Shown: piece after piece, positions 16,700 to 28,200 of the stretch
Layout of the letters: every line of letters starts with the position of its first letter
How positions within the stretch are numbered: position 1 is the first letter of the stretch
Assembly (NCBI GenBank): GCA_001281695.1
Contig: LJIE01000001.1
Span: forward strand, 1,098,586-1,130,585
DNA from: a bacterium 336/3
Lineage (GTDB): Bacteria > Bacteroidota > Bacteroidia > Cytophagales > Thermonemataceae
Reading direction: 5' to 3'
DNA length: 32,000 bases
Notes under the pieces: model-generated
What the model saw: the letters and a program-made list of their open reading frames with translations, nothing else
Database searches by the model: none
Told to the model about the DNA's origin: nothing
Program-made: the position numbers and the translations under genes

Positions 16700-19072
16700 G
16701 TGCTTGTACAAAAAAGAGATGGTCGTTTGGAGTCAGTAAAATTTGACAAGATTACTGCCCGTATCGAGAAATTGTGCTATGGCTTAAACATGAAATATGT
16801 TGAGCCCGTGGAAATCGCCAAGCGTGTTATCAATGGAATTTATGACAAAATTCCTACAACTGTTTTAGATGAATTGGCTGCTCAAATGGCTGCTTCTCTT
16901 ACTACGGTTCACCCAGATTATGCAATATTAGCAGCTAGGATAGCTATTTCTAATTTGCATAAAGAAACCAGTAAGTCTTTTTCAAATACAATGAAAAGAC
17001 TTTATGAGTACATTGATCCTAAAACAGGCGAAAATGCAGGACTGATAGCTAAAGATGTTTATGAAGTAATCAGAAAGAATGCAGCTCTTTTAGATTCTTC
17101 TATTATCTATGATAGAGATTATCAGTATGACTATTTTGGCTTCAAAACACTGGAAAGATCGTATCTTTTACGTACAGATGGTAAAGTAGCAGAACGCCCT
17201 CAACACATGTTGATGCGTGTGGCTGTTGGTATTCATAAAGATGATATTGATGCTGCCATAGAAACGTATAATTTGCTTTCTGAGAAGTGGTTTACGCATG
17301 CAACGCCTACACTATTCAATGCAGGTACACCTAAGCCACAACTTTCTTCATGTTTCTTATTAACTATGAAGGGAGATTCTATTGATGGAATTTATGATAC
17401 TTTAAAGCAATGTGCTAAGATTTCTCAGTCAGCTGGCGGAATAGGTTTAGCTATCCATAATATCAGAGCAACAGGCTCTTATATTAAGGGAACGAATGGA
17501 TATTCTAATGGAATTATCCCTATGCTTAAAGTATTTAATGATACAGCTCGTTATATTGATCAAGGTGGAGGAAAGCGTAAAGGTGCATTTGCTATTTATA
17601 TAGAGCCTTGGCATGCTGATGTAATGGATTTCTTACAATTACGTAAAAATCATGGTGCAGAAGAATTGAGAGCAAGAGATTTATTTTATGCACTTTGGAT
17701 TTCTGATTTATTCATGAAGCGTGTAGAAGCCAATGAAACATGGTCTTTGTTCTGCCCTAATGAAGCTCCTGGACTTTCAGATTGTTATGGAGATGAATTT
17801 GAAAGACTTTATGAAAAATATGAGTCTGAGGGTAAAGCAAGAAAAGTTGTAAAAGCTCAAGACTTATGGTTTGAAATTCTTGAATCTCAAATAGAAACAG
17901 GAAATCCTTATATTTTATTTAAGGATGCAGCCAATAAAAAATCTAATCAGAAGAATTTGGGTACAATCAAGTCGTCAAACTTATGTACTGAAATTATGGA
18001 ATATACTGCTCCTGATGAAGTGGCTGTATGTAATTTGGCTTCTTTGGCATTGCCCAAGTACATCAACAATGGTAAATTTGACCATCAACGTTTGTATGAA
18101 GTAACCAAAGTTATTACCAAAAACTTAAATAAAATTATTGACATCAACTATTACCCTGTTCCTGAAGCAGAGCGTAGTAATAAACGTCACCGTCCTATTG
18201 GTATTGGTGTACAAGGTTTGGCGGATGTATTTATTATGCTGCGTATGCCTTTCGATTCGGATGAGGCAAGAGGTTTAAATAAAGATATTTTTGAAACTAT
18301 TTACTATGCTTCTTTAGAGGCTTCTATGGAAATAGCAAAAGAGAAGGGATATTACGAAACATATCCAGGTTCTCCTATTTCACAAGGTATTTTCCAATTT
18401 GATATGTGGGGTGTAAAACCTTCGTCTGGTCGTTGGGATTGGGAAGCTTTGAGAGCTAAAATTTTAGAAAATGGCGTAAGAAACTCTTTGTTACTTGCTC
18501 CTATGCCAACAGCTTCTACGTCTCAAATTTTGGGTAATAACGAATGTTTTGAGCCATACACAAGCAATATGTACACTCGTAGAGTGCTTTCTGGAGAGTT
18601 TGTGGTAGTAAACAAACATTTACTCAACGATTTAATTGAGCTTGGTTTGTGGAATGAAAATATGAAAAACAAGCTCCAAGCTGCTGAAGGCTCTGTTCAG
18701 AACATCAAAGAAATTCCTGAGAATATCAAGGAAATTTATAAAACTGCTTGGGAATTGAAGCAAAAATCTATTTTGGAAATGGCAGCAGATAGAGGTGCTT
18801 TCATTTGTCAAAGTCAAAGTTTGAATGTGTTTGTTACAGAACCTAATTTTGGAAAACTGACTTCTATGCATTTTTATGCTTGGAAGCTTGGACTTAAAAC
18901 AGGTATGTATTACTTACGTACACAAGCTGCAAGCAGTGCTATTAAATTTACTGTGGATACAAATGTATTACAAGAACAAAACACTCAAGAGTTGGTATCT
19001 GTTGAACAAAAACAAAAAGATATGATGTGCTCATTGGATGATCCAGATAGCTGTGAGGCTTGTGGAAGCTAA
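16700..19072 (+). CDS. nrdA: Ribonucleoside-diphosphate reductase large (alpha) subunit, class Ia, eukaryote-like, with N-terminal ATP-cone
   Basis: 790 aa. The N-terminus (M)[28 protein letters not shown] closely parallels the eukaryotic R1 ATP-cone. Core motifs are [25 protein letters not shown] and [19 protein letters not shown]. The C-terminal redox tail is [17 protein letters not shown] start. Confidence 0.95.
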   Translation: MLVQKRDGRLESVKFDKITARIEKLCYGLNMKYVEPVEIAKRVINGIYDKIPTTVLDELAAQMAASLTTVHPDYAILAARIAISNLHKETSKSFSNTMKRLYEYIDPKTGENAGLIAKDVYEVIRKNAALLDSSIIYDRDYQYDYFGFKTLERSYLLRTDGKVAERPQHMLMRVAVGIHKDDIDAAIETYNLLSEKWFTHATPTLFNAGTPKPQLSSCFLLTMKGDSIDGIYDTLKQCAKISQSAGGIGLAIHNIRATGSYIKGTNGYSNGIIPMLKVFNDTARYIDQGGGKRKGAFAIYIEPWHADVMDFLQLRKNHGAEELRARDLFYALWISDLFMKRVEANETWSLFCPNEAPGLSDCYGDEFERLYEKYESEGKARKVVKAQDLWFEILESQIETGNPYILFKDAANKKSNQKNLGTIKSSNLCTEIMEYTAPDEVAVCNLASLALPKYINNGKFDHQRLYEVTKVITKNLNKIIDINYYPVPEAERSNKRHRPIGIGVQGLADVFIMLRMPFDSDEARGLNKDIFETIYYASLEASMEIAKEKGYYETYPGSPISQGIFQFDMWGVKPSSGRWDWEALRAKILENGVRNSLLLAPMPTASTSQILGNNECFEPYTSNMYTRRVLSGEFVVVNKHLLNDLIELGLWNENMKNKLQAAEGSVQNIKEIPENIKEIYKTAWELKQKSILEMAADRGAFICQSQSLNVFVTEPNFGKLTSMHFYAWKLGLKTGMYYLRTQAASSAIKFTVDTNVLQEQNTQELVSVEQKQKDMMCSLDDPDSCEACGS

Positions 19073-19106
19073 AATAGCTCTGAGATATAAGAATTAAAAT
19101 AGATAT

Positions 19107-19140
19107 TGTGGTTTGTGCATGCACAAACCACAAGTTTTTT
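19107..19140 (+). terminator. Rho-independent terminator after nrdA
   Basis: Perfect palindrome TGTGGTTTGTGCATGCACAAACCACA (19107-19132) followed by AGTTTTTT. Confidence 0.75.
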
Positions 19141-19162
19141 ATAGGCTATAGAACTAAAAAAT

Positions 19163-19396
19163 ATGGAATTAAAAACCTATACAAAAAGCCAATTGGCATT
19201 ACGAAATGGGCAAGACAAACCTGAAATTTGGGTTGCATTTCAAGGAGTAATTTATGATGTAACCAAATCGAGATTGTGGAAAAATGGCAAACATTACGAA
19301 CATTGGGCTGGACAAGACTTAACTGAAGAGCTTGAAGATGCTCCACATACTGAAAAAGTATTTGAAAAATTTGATATGGTTGGGAAACTTGTCTAA
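19163..19396 (+). CDS. Cytochrome b5-like heme/steroid-binding domain protein (COG4892-type, 77 aa)
   Basis: YTKSQLALRNGQDKPEIWVAFQGVIYDVTKSRLWKNGKHYEHWAGQDLTEELEDAPH matches my recollection of the small bacterial predicted heme/steroid-binding proteins. Confidence 0.7.
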   Translation: MELKTYTKSQLALRNGQDKPEIWVAFQGVIYDVTKSRLWKNGKHYEHWAGQDLTEELEDAPHTEKVFEKFDMVGKLV

Positions 19397-19469
19397 ATAA
19401 ATATAGAAAAATTTTGAAAAAATAGTTTTTATAACGTTCTTAAACAATGAAACAAAAATCAACTTTAAT

Positions 19470-20396
19470 ATGAACAAACTAAACTTTTTTCAGAAACGAG
19501 ATTTTGGCGAAAATGTAAATTTTACTTTTCAATTTGTAAAGGAAAATTTTATTCACTATTTCGTAAATATTCTTATACTCAATATACCTATATGGATACT
19601 GATAGGTTTAGGTGTGTATGTGATGGCTGATAATTTAACAACAGTTTTAAACTCTTTGGGGTCAGGTGGAGTATTTTCTGTATTGGGGACACTTGTTATG
19701 TTTTTTATATTTGGTGTTTTATTTACTACTTATTCAGCATCTGTAGGGTATAATTATTATTTGCTCTACATGCAAAAAGGGCATAAGGGTTTTAGTTTAC
19801 AAGAACTGCTTGCTAAAGCGATTGGCTCTATGATGAAATTATTAGTAGCCAATATCGTCTTGTTTGGTATTAGTTTGGGAGTATTTATTATTGCATCTTT
19901 TTTGTTTTCTCTTTTAGGAAAATTTGGAGTTATATTGATGCTTCCTTTATCTATTGTTGGTATTTACTATGCTATTCAATTGATCTTTTTTCAAATAATT
20001 GTTATTAGAGATAATAAATCAGCAATGGAAGCTATACAAAAATCTTTTTTCTTAGTAAAAGACAATTGGTGGCAAACTTTTGGTATATTAATTGTTTTTG
20101 GTGTGATAGGTCTTATAATTAGTTGGATAGTGCAATCTATTATGGGAATATTTGCAACAGAAGTAATTACACCTCAAGATCTTTTAGGAGGAAACTTTAA
20201 TATGACAATAGGAACTATAATCATATATATTATCACTAATATTATTACATCTACATTGTCAGGAATGTTTTCTACAACGGCTGTTTTTGCCCAATATGGA
20301 AGTTTGGTGGAAGAGAAAGAAGGTGTACATTTAAAACAAAACATAGATAAATTTGGCACAACTCCTGATAATGAAAAAGAAGAAGAGGATTTTTAA
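19470..20396 (+). CDS. Polytopic inner-membrane protein of unknown function with acidic C-terminal tail
   Basis: 308 aa with about 6 hydrophobic helices and the tail ...TTPDNEKEEEDF. No family was recognised with confidence. Confidence 0.65.
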   Translation: MNKLNFFQKRDFGENVNFTFQFVKENFIHYFVNILILNIPIWILIGLGVYVMADNLTTVLNSLGSGGVFSVLGTLVMFFIFGVLFTTYSASVGYNYYLLYMQKGHKGFSLQELLAKAIGSMMKLLVANIVLFGISLGVFIIASFLFSLLGKFGVILMLPLSIVGIYYAIQLIFFQIIVIRDNKSAMEAIQKSFFLVKDNWWQTFGILIVFGVIGLIISWIVQSIMGIFATEVITPQDLLGGNFNMTIGTIIIYIITNIITSTLSGMFSTTAVFAQYGSLVEEKEGVHLKQNIDKFGTTPDNEKEEEDF

Positions 20397-20448
20397 GAAA
20401 AAATAAAATAGATAACTATACTTATACGTTTTGAAATAAAATATATTC

Positions 20449-21414
20449 ATGCAACCATTTCAATCAGATGTAGAAGCAGCAGATGCCATAGCATCATCAT
20501 ACCAAAAGCTGCATAATGAAATATCAAAAGTTATTATAGGACAAGACGAAACTGTTCGATTATTACTTACTTCTATTTTTTCGCAAGGGCATTGCTTGCT
20601 TGTGGGTGTACCAGGGCTTGCGAAAACGTTACTTGTACAAACATTGGCTTCAGTATTAGACTTGAGTTTCAACCGTATTCAGTTTACGCCAGACTTGATG
20701 CCTTCCGATATTGTTGGCTCAGAAACATTGGACAAAGACCGTAATTTTCAGTTTTTGCAAGGTCCTATTTTTGCCAATATTATTTTAGCTGATGAGATTA
20801 ACCGTACTCCTCCTAAAACTCAAGCAGCATTACTTGAGTCTATGCAAGAGTATGCTGTAACCATAGCAGGTAAAAAATATATGTTACCCAAACCATTCTT
20901 TGTGCTTGCAACACAAAACCCTATTGAGCAAGAAGGTACATATCCTTTGCCAGAAGCTCAATTAGACCGTTTTATGTTTAATGTACAACTGGGTTACCCT
21001 TCGTATATGGATGAGGTGAAGGTTGTAAAAAATACTACTTCAGGACAAACTGTGAACCTTCAAAAAATTATTGATGGAGAAATGCTTTTATATTTCCAGC
21101 AGTTGATACGCAAAGTAGTGGTGGCTGATAATGTGATAGAGTATGCTGTAAAGCTAGTTCATAAAACAAGACCCAATACCGAAAATGCTTCTAAAGAAGC
21201 TAACCAATATTTGGAGTGGGGAGCTGGACCAAGAGCTTCGCAATACTTGATTATTGGGGCAAAATGTAATGCTTTGCTTAAGGGCAAATACTCTCCTGAT
21301 ATAGAAGATGTCAAAGCTGTTGTAGAGCCTATTTTAAGACACCGTATTGTACGAAACTTTAAAGCGGAGGCTGAAGGTATCAGTATAGAAAATATTATTC
21401 AGGCCATTCTATAA
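20449..21414 (+). CDS. MoxR-family AAA+ ATPase
   Basis: IIGQDETVRLLLTSIFSQGHCLLVGVPGLAKT (Walker A), ILADEINRTPPKTQAALLESMQE (Walker B/sensor) and LATQNPIEQEGTYPLPEAQLDRF are classic MoxR/RavA-type features. 321 aa. Confidence 0.9.
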   Translation: MQPFQSDVEAADAIASSYQKLHNEISKVIIGQDETVRLLLTSIFSQGHCLLVGVPGLAKTLLVQTLASVLDLSFNRIQFTPDLMPSDIVGSETLDKDRNFQFLQGPIFANIILADEINRTPPKTQAALLESMQEYAVTIAGKKYMLPKPFFVLATQNPIEQEGTYPLPEAQLDRFMFNVQLGYPSYMDEVKVVKNTTSGQTVNLQKIIDGEMLLYFQQLIRKVVVADNVIEYAVKLVHKTRPNTENASKEANQYLEWGAGPRASQYLIIGAKCNALLKGKYSPDIEDVKAVVEPILRHRIVRNFKAEAEGISIENIIQAIL

Positions 21415-21471
21415 TATCTAAAAAAAACTTATTTTGGTGATCACAATTCACCTTAATCTTACTAAAAGCCA

Positions 21472-24400
21472 ATGTCTGCTCTCATCAAAAATCTGAAATT
21501 ATATCATTTACAGTTTTTGTTGGGAGCAATCTTTTTTACTCTTCTTGCTTGGGTTGCCATAAATTTCCATCAAAAAAAGCCATTAATCGCTGTTAATGAA
21601 AAATATAGATCTGTTATACAACGAAATATTTTAGAAGAAATCAAGATTTTAGAGCAAGAAGGTAGAGAAGTAGAGCAGTTCTTCCAAGAAGGGAATGCTA
21701 TCAGTTTGGTAGAACTCAAAAGGAAACATGTATATCCCTGTGTAGTTTTTAACAACGAAAAACTCGTTTTTTGGTCTGATTTTAGATTTATTCCTGAGTA
21801 TAATTTGATAGCAGGCAAATACGAAATTCAATTTTTGGAACTCAAAAATGGAATGTATTTGATACATAGGCAATATTTTAAAACGGCTGAAAGTAATAGT
21901 ATTGAAATATATACATATCTGCCTATCTTCAGTCGGTTCAATATTGAAAATACATATTTACAAGCTGCTTATAATCAGGAGATAGTTCCTTCAGAAAAAA
22001 TAACCATTAGTAGCAAGCCCTCCAAAACAAATATATTTTCTAATAAAGGTAATCTTCTATTTTCTCTACCTTATAACTCAAATAAAGAAGTAGATAGCTC
22101 AGAATGGTTTTTGTTGAGTCTATTTTCAGGAATATTTGCAGCAGGTTTTCTATTTATATTTTTGTGGAAATGGCGTTTGTACTTCCTTCAAAAACGTTTG
22201 TATGAGGTTAGTTGGTTAAGTTTTTTAGGTTTTTTTCTCCTTTTAAGGTGGGTAATGCTTTATAACCAAATTCCATTTGGTTTTTTTGAATGGGAGCTAT
22301 TTAACCCAAAATTATATGCTTCTTCTTTTTGGTCGCCTTCGTTGGGAGATTTAGCCCTTAACTTAGTTTGTATATTTTGGTTGCTTTATCAAATACAGAA
22401 TTATTATCCTCGTACATTTTTATTTCAGAAAACACGAACCATCAACAAAATAGCGATATTTATCATTGCCACTATTTTGATACTGTTGAGTTATATTGTC
22501 TTTTATAAGATATTCTGGATATTCAGTTCTATTTTTACGGATTCTCAGTTGGTTTTAGATATTTCTCAAAACATTAGTTTTTCCTCAGCTCATTGGTTGG
22601 CATATTTGGTGTTTGTGATGTTATCTGTTATTTATTTCTTTTCTAACCATTTGATAGGCAGAATTTTAATTAAAGTAATCGATAATCGCTATATTTTGTT
22701 TATTACTTCTTTTGGATTAACAACTTTAGTGCATATTCTTTGGATATATGCCAACAAAGAATTCCATCCACTACTGAGCTTTATTAATGGCGTTTATATT
22801 TTACTTTTATATTATTTTGCTTTTCCTAAATTTTTATATCAGTTTAAATATTCATCTACACTTTATTTATTTTTAGCGAGTTTATTTTGTGCCATTTCTG
22901 GAGTATATGCCATGATTTACTTTGGGGGTAGAACTCAAGATGTACAAATGCGGAAATATGCAGAAAACCTTTTGGAAGAACGAGATTTTTCTGCTGAATA
23001 TAGTTTGGATAATATCAGTGATGATATTCGTTTAGATGCTGGAATCAAAGAATATTTAAGAAGTCCATTTTTAGAAAAATCCTTGATTAGAAAGAAAATT
23101 CAAAAGACATACTTGAAAAACGATTTTCCTGACTATCAAGTAAATATATATACATTTGATGCATTTGGGTATTCTTTGCAACCCCAAACCAATAATCAAA
23201 CCTATCAAGAATGGGTAAGTACATACCAGAAAAAAGAATTTGGAATAGATAGAACAGATATATTTTTTATTAACGAAACGCAAGCTATTGAGCAAAAAGT
23301 AGATATCAATTTACTCAGAATGTATCTGGATTTTGTGGAAATTAAGAGAGATACTAATATGTTGGGTTATGTGATTTTAGAGTTGAAAAAGAAAAAAAAT
23401 GAGCCTTTTAAAGTATATCCTGAACTTTTACAGAATGAGCGATTTAAAGAACCAGAGGAATTCAAGAATTTTTCGTATGCAATTTATAATGATGAAAAGC
23501 TTATTTATGCTTATGGAAACTTTAATTTTGAAAAAGCTTTTAAGAAGAGTTTGTTTAATATAAAAGCTTTATACAATGAGGGTTATGTGCATCAAGGTTT
23601 TAAACACTTGAGTGTGAAGGGAGAAAAAGGTCGTACGATTGTGGTTTCTATACCTGTCTATGCATTTAAAAATGTTTTTGCGAATTTTTCTTTTTTATTT
23701 TTATTACTTGTCCTTATTGTTACACAGGTTTTATTATTCTATGGTTTAACCAATTATACAAAGAAAATAAAAATAACTTTTACAACTCGTATTCAACTAT
23801 TTCTGAATACAGCATTTTTCCTGCCATTGGCAGTTGTTAGTATTACTACATTGAGCATTATTAGCTCTTCTTATGACAAAGACCTAAATAATTCTTTTGT
23901 TCAGAAGGCTGAAAATGCGACAAGAAGCCTTGTCAATATTGTTCAACAATACAAAAAAGAACTAATAGAAAAAGATGAGTTACTGAAAGATATTGAAGCC
24001 ATAGCTGGTTACGCTCAATCTGATATAAACCTTTTTGATGTATCAGGAAGGCTCATTGCCTCCAGCCAGTCTGGTATTTATGATAATGAATTGATTTCCA
24101 AGTATATTAATCCAGAAGTTTTATGGAAAATTGTTGAACAAAAGGAACAAAGTGTGATGCTTTTAGAATCTGTGGGTTCTTTAGGGTATAAATCGGTATA
24201 TTTAGCGATACGTTCTTACGAAGACAATCAGTTGCTTGCAATATTGAGTATTCCATTTTTCGATGCAGAGGATGAAAGACAACGAAAAATTGCAGTGGTT
24301 TTGACAACTATCATCAATATTTTTACAATAGTTTTCATCATTTTTATTGTGATTTCATACTTTGCATCTAATATTTTGACAGAACCCCTGACACTGATTA

Positions 24401-25212
24401 CTCAAAAAATTAGAAAAACGACTCTTTATGCCTATAATGAGCCTTTGCAATGGGATTCGGATGATGAAATAGGGCTTATGATAAATGAGTACAACAAAAT
24501 GCTTGTGAAATTGGAGCAGAGTAAAGAGGCCTTGGCTCAAACCGAAAAAGAATCAGCTTGGCGAGAAATGGCAAAACAAGTAGCTCATGAAATCAAGAAC
24601 CCGCTAACGCCCATGAAGCTCACTTTGCAACACTTGCAAATGCGTATTGAAAGGGAAAATCCTGATTTACAAAAACTCACCTCAAAGCCTTTTGAAACAC
24701 TTTTGGCTCAGATAGATTTGTTGAGTGATATAGCTACCTCATTTTCTAATTTTGCGAAAATGACCACTCCGAAAAATGAAATTTTTGACGTTTCAGAAAC
24801 TTTAAGGCAAACACTCCAGCTCTACGAAAGTGATGAAAAAGTGCATTTGATACGTATTTTGGAAAAAGGTAAATTTCAGGTACAAGGAGATAAACAACTA
24901 ATGACACAGATTTTTACCAACATTATTTTAAATGCTATTCAGGCCGTACCTTCGGGTAAAGAGGCTGAAATAGGGGTGAGCTTGTACAGAGATGGCAGTT
25001 TTGTACATATCGAAATCAGAGATAATGGAGTGGGTATTCCTAAAGAAGTGCAAAATAAAGTATTCTTGCCTAATTTTAGTACCAAGTTTACAGGCTCAGG
25101 AATTGGGCTTGCCCTAGCAAAACGTGGTATTGAGCATGTTGGAGGGAAAATTTGGTTTGAAACCAAAGAAAATGAAGGAACTTGTTTCTTTATAGAACTA
25201 CCTTTGGTATAA
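21472..25212 (+). CDS. Orphan sensor histidine kinase (NtrY-like transmitter) with a very large multi-TM sensor region (1246 aa)
   Basis: The H-box is QVAHEIKNPLTPMKLTLQHL (His codon 24586-24588), with an upstream HAMP-like segment. The HATPase_c motifs are NAIQAV (N box), IRDNGVGIP and GSGIGLALAKRGIEHVGGKIWFE. The preceding ~950 aa hold more than 10 hydrophobic helices and two soluble blocks. No response regulator is present in the window. Confidence 0.88.
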   Translation: MSALIKNLKLYHLQFLLGAIFFTLLAWVAINFHQKKPLIAVNEKYRSVIQRNILEEIKILEQEGREVEQFFQEGNAISLVELKRKHVYPCVVFNNEKLVFWSDFRFIPEYNLIAGKYEIQFLELKNGMYLIHRQYFKTAESNSIEIYTYLPIFSRFNIENTYLQAAYNQEIVPSEKITISSKPSKTNIFSNKGNLLFSLPYNSNKEVDSSEWFLLSLFSGIFAAGFLFIFLWKWRLYFLQKRLYEVSWLSFLGFFLLLRWVMLYNQIPFGFFEWELFNPKLYASSFWSPSLGDLALNLVCIFWLLYQIQNYYPRTFLFQKTRTINKIAIFIIATILILLSYIVFYKIFWIFSSIFTDSQLVLDISQNISFSSAHWLAYLVFVMLSVIYFFSNHLIGRILIKVIDNRYILFITSFGLTTLVHILWIYANKEFHPLLSFINGVYILLLYYFAFPKFLYQFKYSSTLYLFLASLFCAISGVYAMIYFGGRTQDVQMRKYAENLLEERDFSAEYSLDNISDDIRLDAGIKEYLRSPFLEKSLIRKKIQKTYLKNDFPDYQVNIYTFDAFGYSLQPQTNNQTYQEWVSTYQKKEFGIDRTDIFFINETQAIEQKVDINLLRMYLDFVEIKRDTNMLGYVILELKKKKNEPFKVYPELLQNERFKEPEEFKNFSYAIYNDEKLIYAYGNFNFEKAFKKSLFNIKALYNEGYVHQGFKHLSVKGEKGRTIVVSIPVYAFKNVFANFSFLFLLLVLIVTQVLLFYGLTNYTKKIKITFTTRIQLFLNTAFFLPLAVVSITTLSIISSSYDKDLNNSFVQKAENATRSLVNIVQQYKKELIEKDELLKDIEAIAGYAQSDINLFDVSGRLIASSQSGIYDNELISKYINPEVLWKIVEQKEQSVMLLESVGSLGYKSVYLAIRSYEDNQLLAILSIPFFDAEDERQRKIAVVLTTIINIFTIVFIIFIVISYFASNILTEPLTLITQKIRKTTLYAYNEPLQWDSDDEIGLMINEYNKMLVKLEQSKEALAQTEKESAWREMAKQVAHEIKNPLTPMKLTLQHLQMRIERENPDLQKLTSKPFETLLAQIDLLSDIATSFSNFAKMTTPKNEIFDVSETLRQTLQLYESDEKVHLIRILEKGKFQVQGDKQLMTQIFTNIILNAIQAVPSGKEAEIGVSLYRDGSFVHIEIRDNGVGIPKEVQNKVFLPNFSTKFTGSGIGLALAKRGIEHVGGKIWFETKENEGTCFFIELPLV

Positions 25213-25246
25213 AAGAGCTCTATGAAGTTTTTCATAGAGCTCTTTT
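25211..25246. terminator. Bidirectional terminator between convergent genes
   Basis: AAAAGAGCTCTATGAA (25211-25226) pairs with TTCATAGAGCTCTTTT (25231-25246). A/T runs on both sides allow it to terminate both the kinase (+) and the permease/M1 (-) transcripts. Confidence 0.75.
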
Positions 25247-25248
25247 AT

Positions 25249-28200
25249 TTAATGTATACTTTTTTCATTGTTTTCTTCTGAGATATCTATAAACCTCAGC
25301 TTTGGGTCTAATATGATACGAGTAGGCTTTTTGGATAGCTCAAGACTCGTTTTGAGTTGATGAGGCTCTAAAGTAAAATACTCGTTTGTTCCATCTTGAA
25401 AATTAATTTGTATTTCAATAGGTTCATTAAAAGGCATATTTTGACGAGAGCCATCAATATTTTCTATATATTTTTTTGCTTCCGTTTCAAAAGAAAGTAA
25501 ATATTTTTTGTCTTTTTGAATAGCTGAAACAAATTGAATACTTAAATCGTAAGTAGTGATGGTTTTAAAAAGCTCGTCTATTTTAGCATGAATAGATGTA
25601 TTAGAAATAGTTTTTAACTCTTCTATAAGATTCAAAGTAGTGGGTGGTTCATGAGGAAAGGCATGTTTTTCTAAAAGGCTTTTTAATGCTAGATTCATGT
25701 TTTTTTCACCAATTAGTTTGTACAATTGATACATCACTATCATGCCTTTATCATAACATAAAAATACTCTGTTAGGATGTGATGTGTAAAGTGGTTCATC
25801 ACCTCCTAAACCTCTGTCGCCTAAATAAATATCTTTATGGATATTCACTCTATTGATAAGTCTTTCTTCTCCATATGTTTGTTTATAGAGCATCAATTCA
25901 GTGTACATAGCCAATGTTTCTGTAAGAATTTTACTGCCTTGCTGGCGTGGTGGGCTTATTTGGGAATTTCCCCACCAAGTATGTGAAAGCTCATGGCTTA
26001 CAAGTTCATTGATAATATCCTTATCGGGATTAGCTTCAATTTTACTTTGTAAACCAAAATTTTCAGGAATAAAAAAACTATTAGGATATGCTGTACCTGC
26101 AAAACCTTGTACAAAAGAAGAAATTTCTATAAAACGAATACTTTTGAAGGGATATTTACCAAAATTTGCTTCACAATAATCCAATGTTTGAGTAGCTATT
26201 TTAAGTAAATAATCGATATTTTGATAATGACTTGGATGATAATAAGCCTCAATGGCAATGCCATGATACATTGTTTTTTTAAGCTGATAAGAAGCAGAAG
26301 CCACAGCAAATCGGAAAGGAGTAGGTGATGTTGTTTTATATTTGAAATAATTTCGGTCATTCTTTTGCCAAGATTCTACAAACTCCCCAACTCCAATAGC
26401 TGTCTGATTTTTAGAAGTAGAAATAATAGTTTCAAGATTGATAAACTCATAATCAAAAGGACTTTGAGACGGATTTTCTAATGGCATTAAAGGTGTAGTA
26501 GAAGGCAGTTTACGATATTTTCTTTCTTGTAAATTTGTAATTTCATTATCTGCCTGATAACCCAAACGTGGAAAATAATTGCTAATACGCATAAAAGAGC
26601 CATTTTCTAAAATAGAATTGAAAGAAGTATGTCCTGTAAAAGCAGACCAACCGTATTCAAATGTAAAATGCATTTTTAAGGAATCGTTTGGAGCTAAGGG
26701 AGTGAAAAGTGTATAAAATTCATGTCCAAACTTATTATCTTTTTTAGCTATTTTTCCTTTTTCAATAGAAACGGACTTCCACTGAATACTTTTATCTAAA
26801 TACACCAAAATTTCTTTGAGAGGAGTATTTTGTTTATTGACAAGTATGTATGTACCTGAAACTTGATAACGATTTTGCTCTGGAAATAAATTTATTTGAG
26901 TTTTAACATCTGTGATGGTTGGCAAACGCATTTTTTCATATTTTCTGTACTCTAATTCGTATGCTTGTTTCCAATCATTTATTTCTTGAGTTGTTTGAAG
27001 ATGAGTTTCTTTAGCAATAAAAATGCCTATTGTAGCAGTGCTTAAAACAAACATAAACAGACATAAATATCCAAATCTTGATTTTTTTAAGGATTTTAAA
27101 GGGAAAAATAAATACCAAAGTAAACAAACACTTATCATAAAAAGAACCCCAAAAAGCATTTTTACATGAAAAGCATCAAGATAAGCCCCAAATCCTGTCA
27201 TATCGCTATATTTACCTTGTAATGATTTTGTAAACTTCAATAATGGATGTTTAAGACCAATTATTTTTCCGATATTGGTATTCATGAGTGCATGTATAAA
27301 AAAGCCTATTACAAGGGCTACATATTTACTTTTAAATAATTTTTGCAGTAAAATAATAATTGATGAAAACAAAGTAAGTGGTAAACCAATCACATAAAAA
27401 AGAGAAAAATATAATCCCCAATTGAATATGAAATGTTTGAATGCAATCTGGAAAAATAGACACAGAAAAATATTAAATACAATTAGAACAAACCCAATCA
27501 GCACTAAGACAGCCCATTTTGCAATAGTTATAGAAAATTTAGAAATAGGTGTGGAAATTTCAATATCTTGAAATCGAAAGGTTTTACTCTTCCAGAAAAT
27601 TTCACTTCCATAAAATAAAAGTAAAATAACGGCTATATCTGGGAATGTATCAAGAATTTCATTGACAAGTAAATGTGTAGTTGCAAATTGTTCTGGCATT
27701 CTTGAGCTACCATTTAAACCACTAAAAATCTCAATACTTATAAAAATGAGCCAGCCTGATATAAATAAAACAAAAGGAAGACTTTTAAGAATACTGAAAA
27801 AATCTATTTTGATAATACTTAAAATGCTTTGTAAAGCATATCGAATAGAAGATATACGTGTTGAAATTGGTGTGTAAACCAAAGATAGTGTATTGATTTC
27901 TTTGGTGAGCTTTTGATTGTTTTTTTGTTTTTTATGATAAATAGTGAAGTTTGATTTTTTATATGTGAACCATATAAGTCCAAGAGATACAAGTAAATAC
28001 AATACCCTATTGATGAGAAAATTTCCTTCTAAAACTAAAACCTGCGAATTTCGATTTTGTGCTGACCAATACCTTGTTTGTTCCAAAAATGCAGAGACCC
28101 CAAAAGGGTCAAGTTTTGCAGAAAGACTCATAGCTTCTGCTGAAACAGGCTGATTGCCTGCAACCAAAGGTGAATTGGTAAAAATAGCAATTCCCCAATA

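Noticed and set aside
20449-21414. MoxR gene considered as the start of a Bat/aerotolerance-type operon (MoxR-DUF58-VWA)
   Set aside because: No DUF58 or VWA-domain genes follow. The downstream gene is a histidine kinase. I reported the unusual context as a finding rather than calling such an operon.
24939-25235. Antisense ORFs of 98 aa (24939-25235) and 119 aa (30807-31166)
   Set aside because: Both are fully nested antisense to genes with strong motif support (the kinase HATPase domain and the TetR gene), and neither has any recognisable features of its own.
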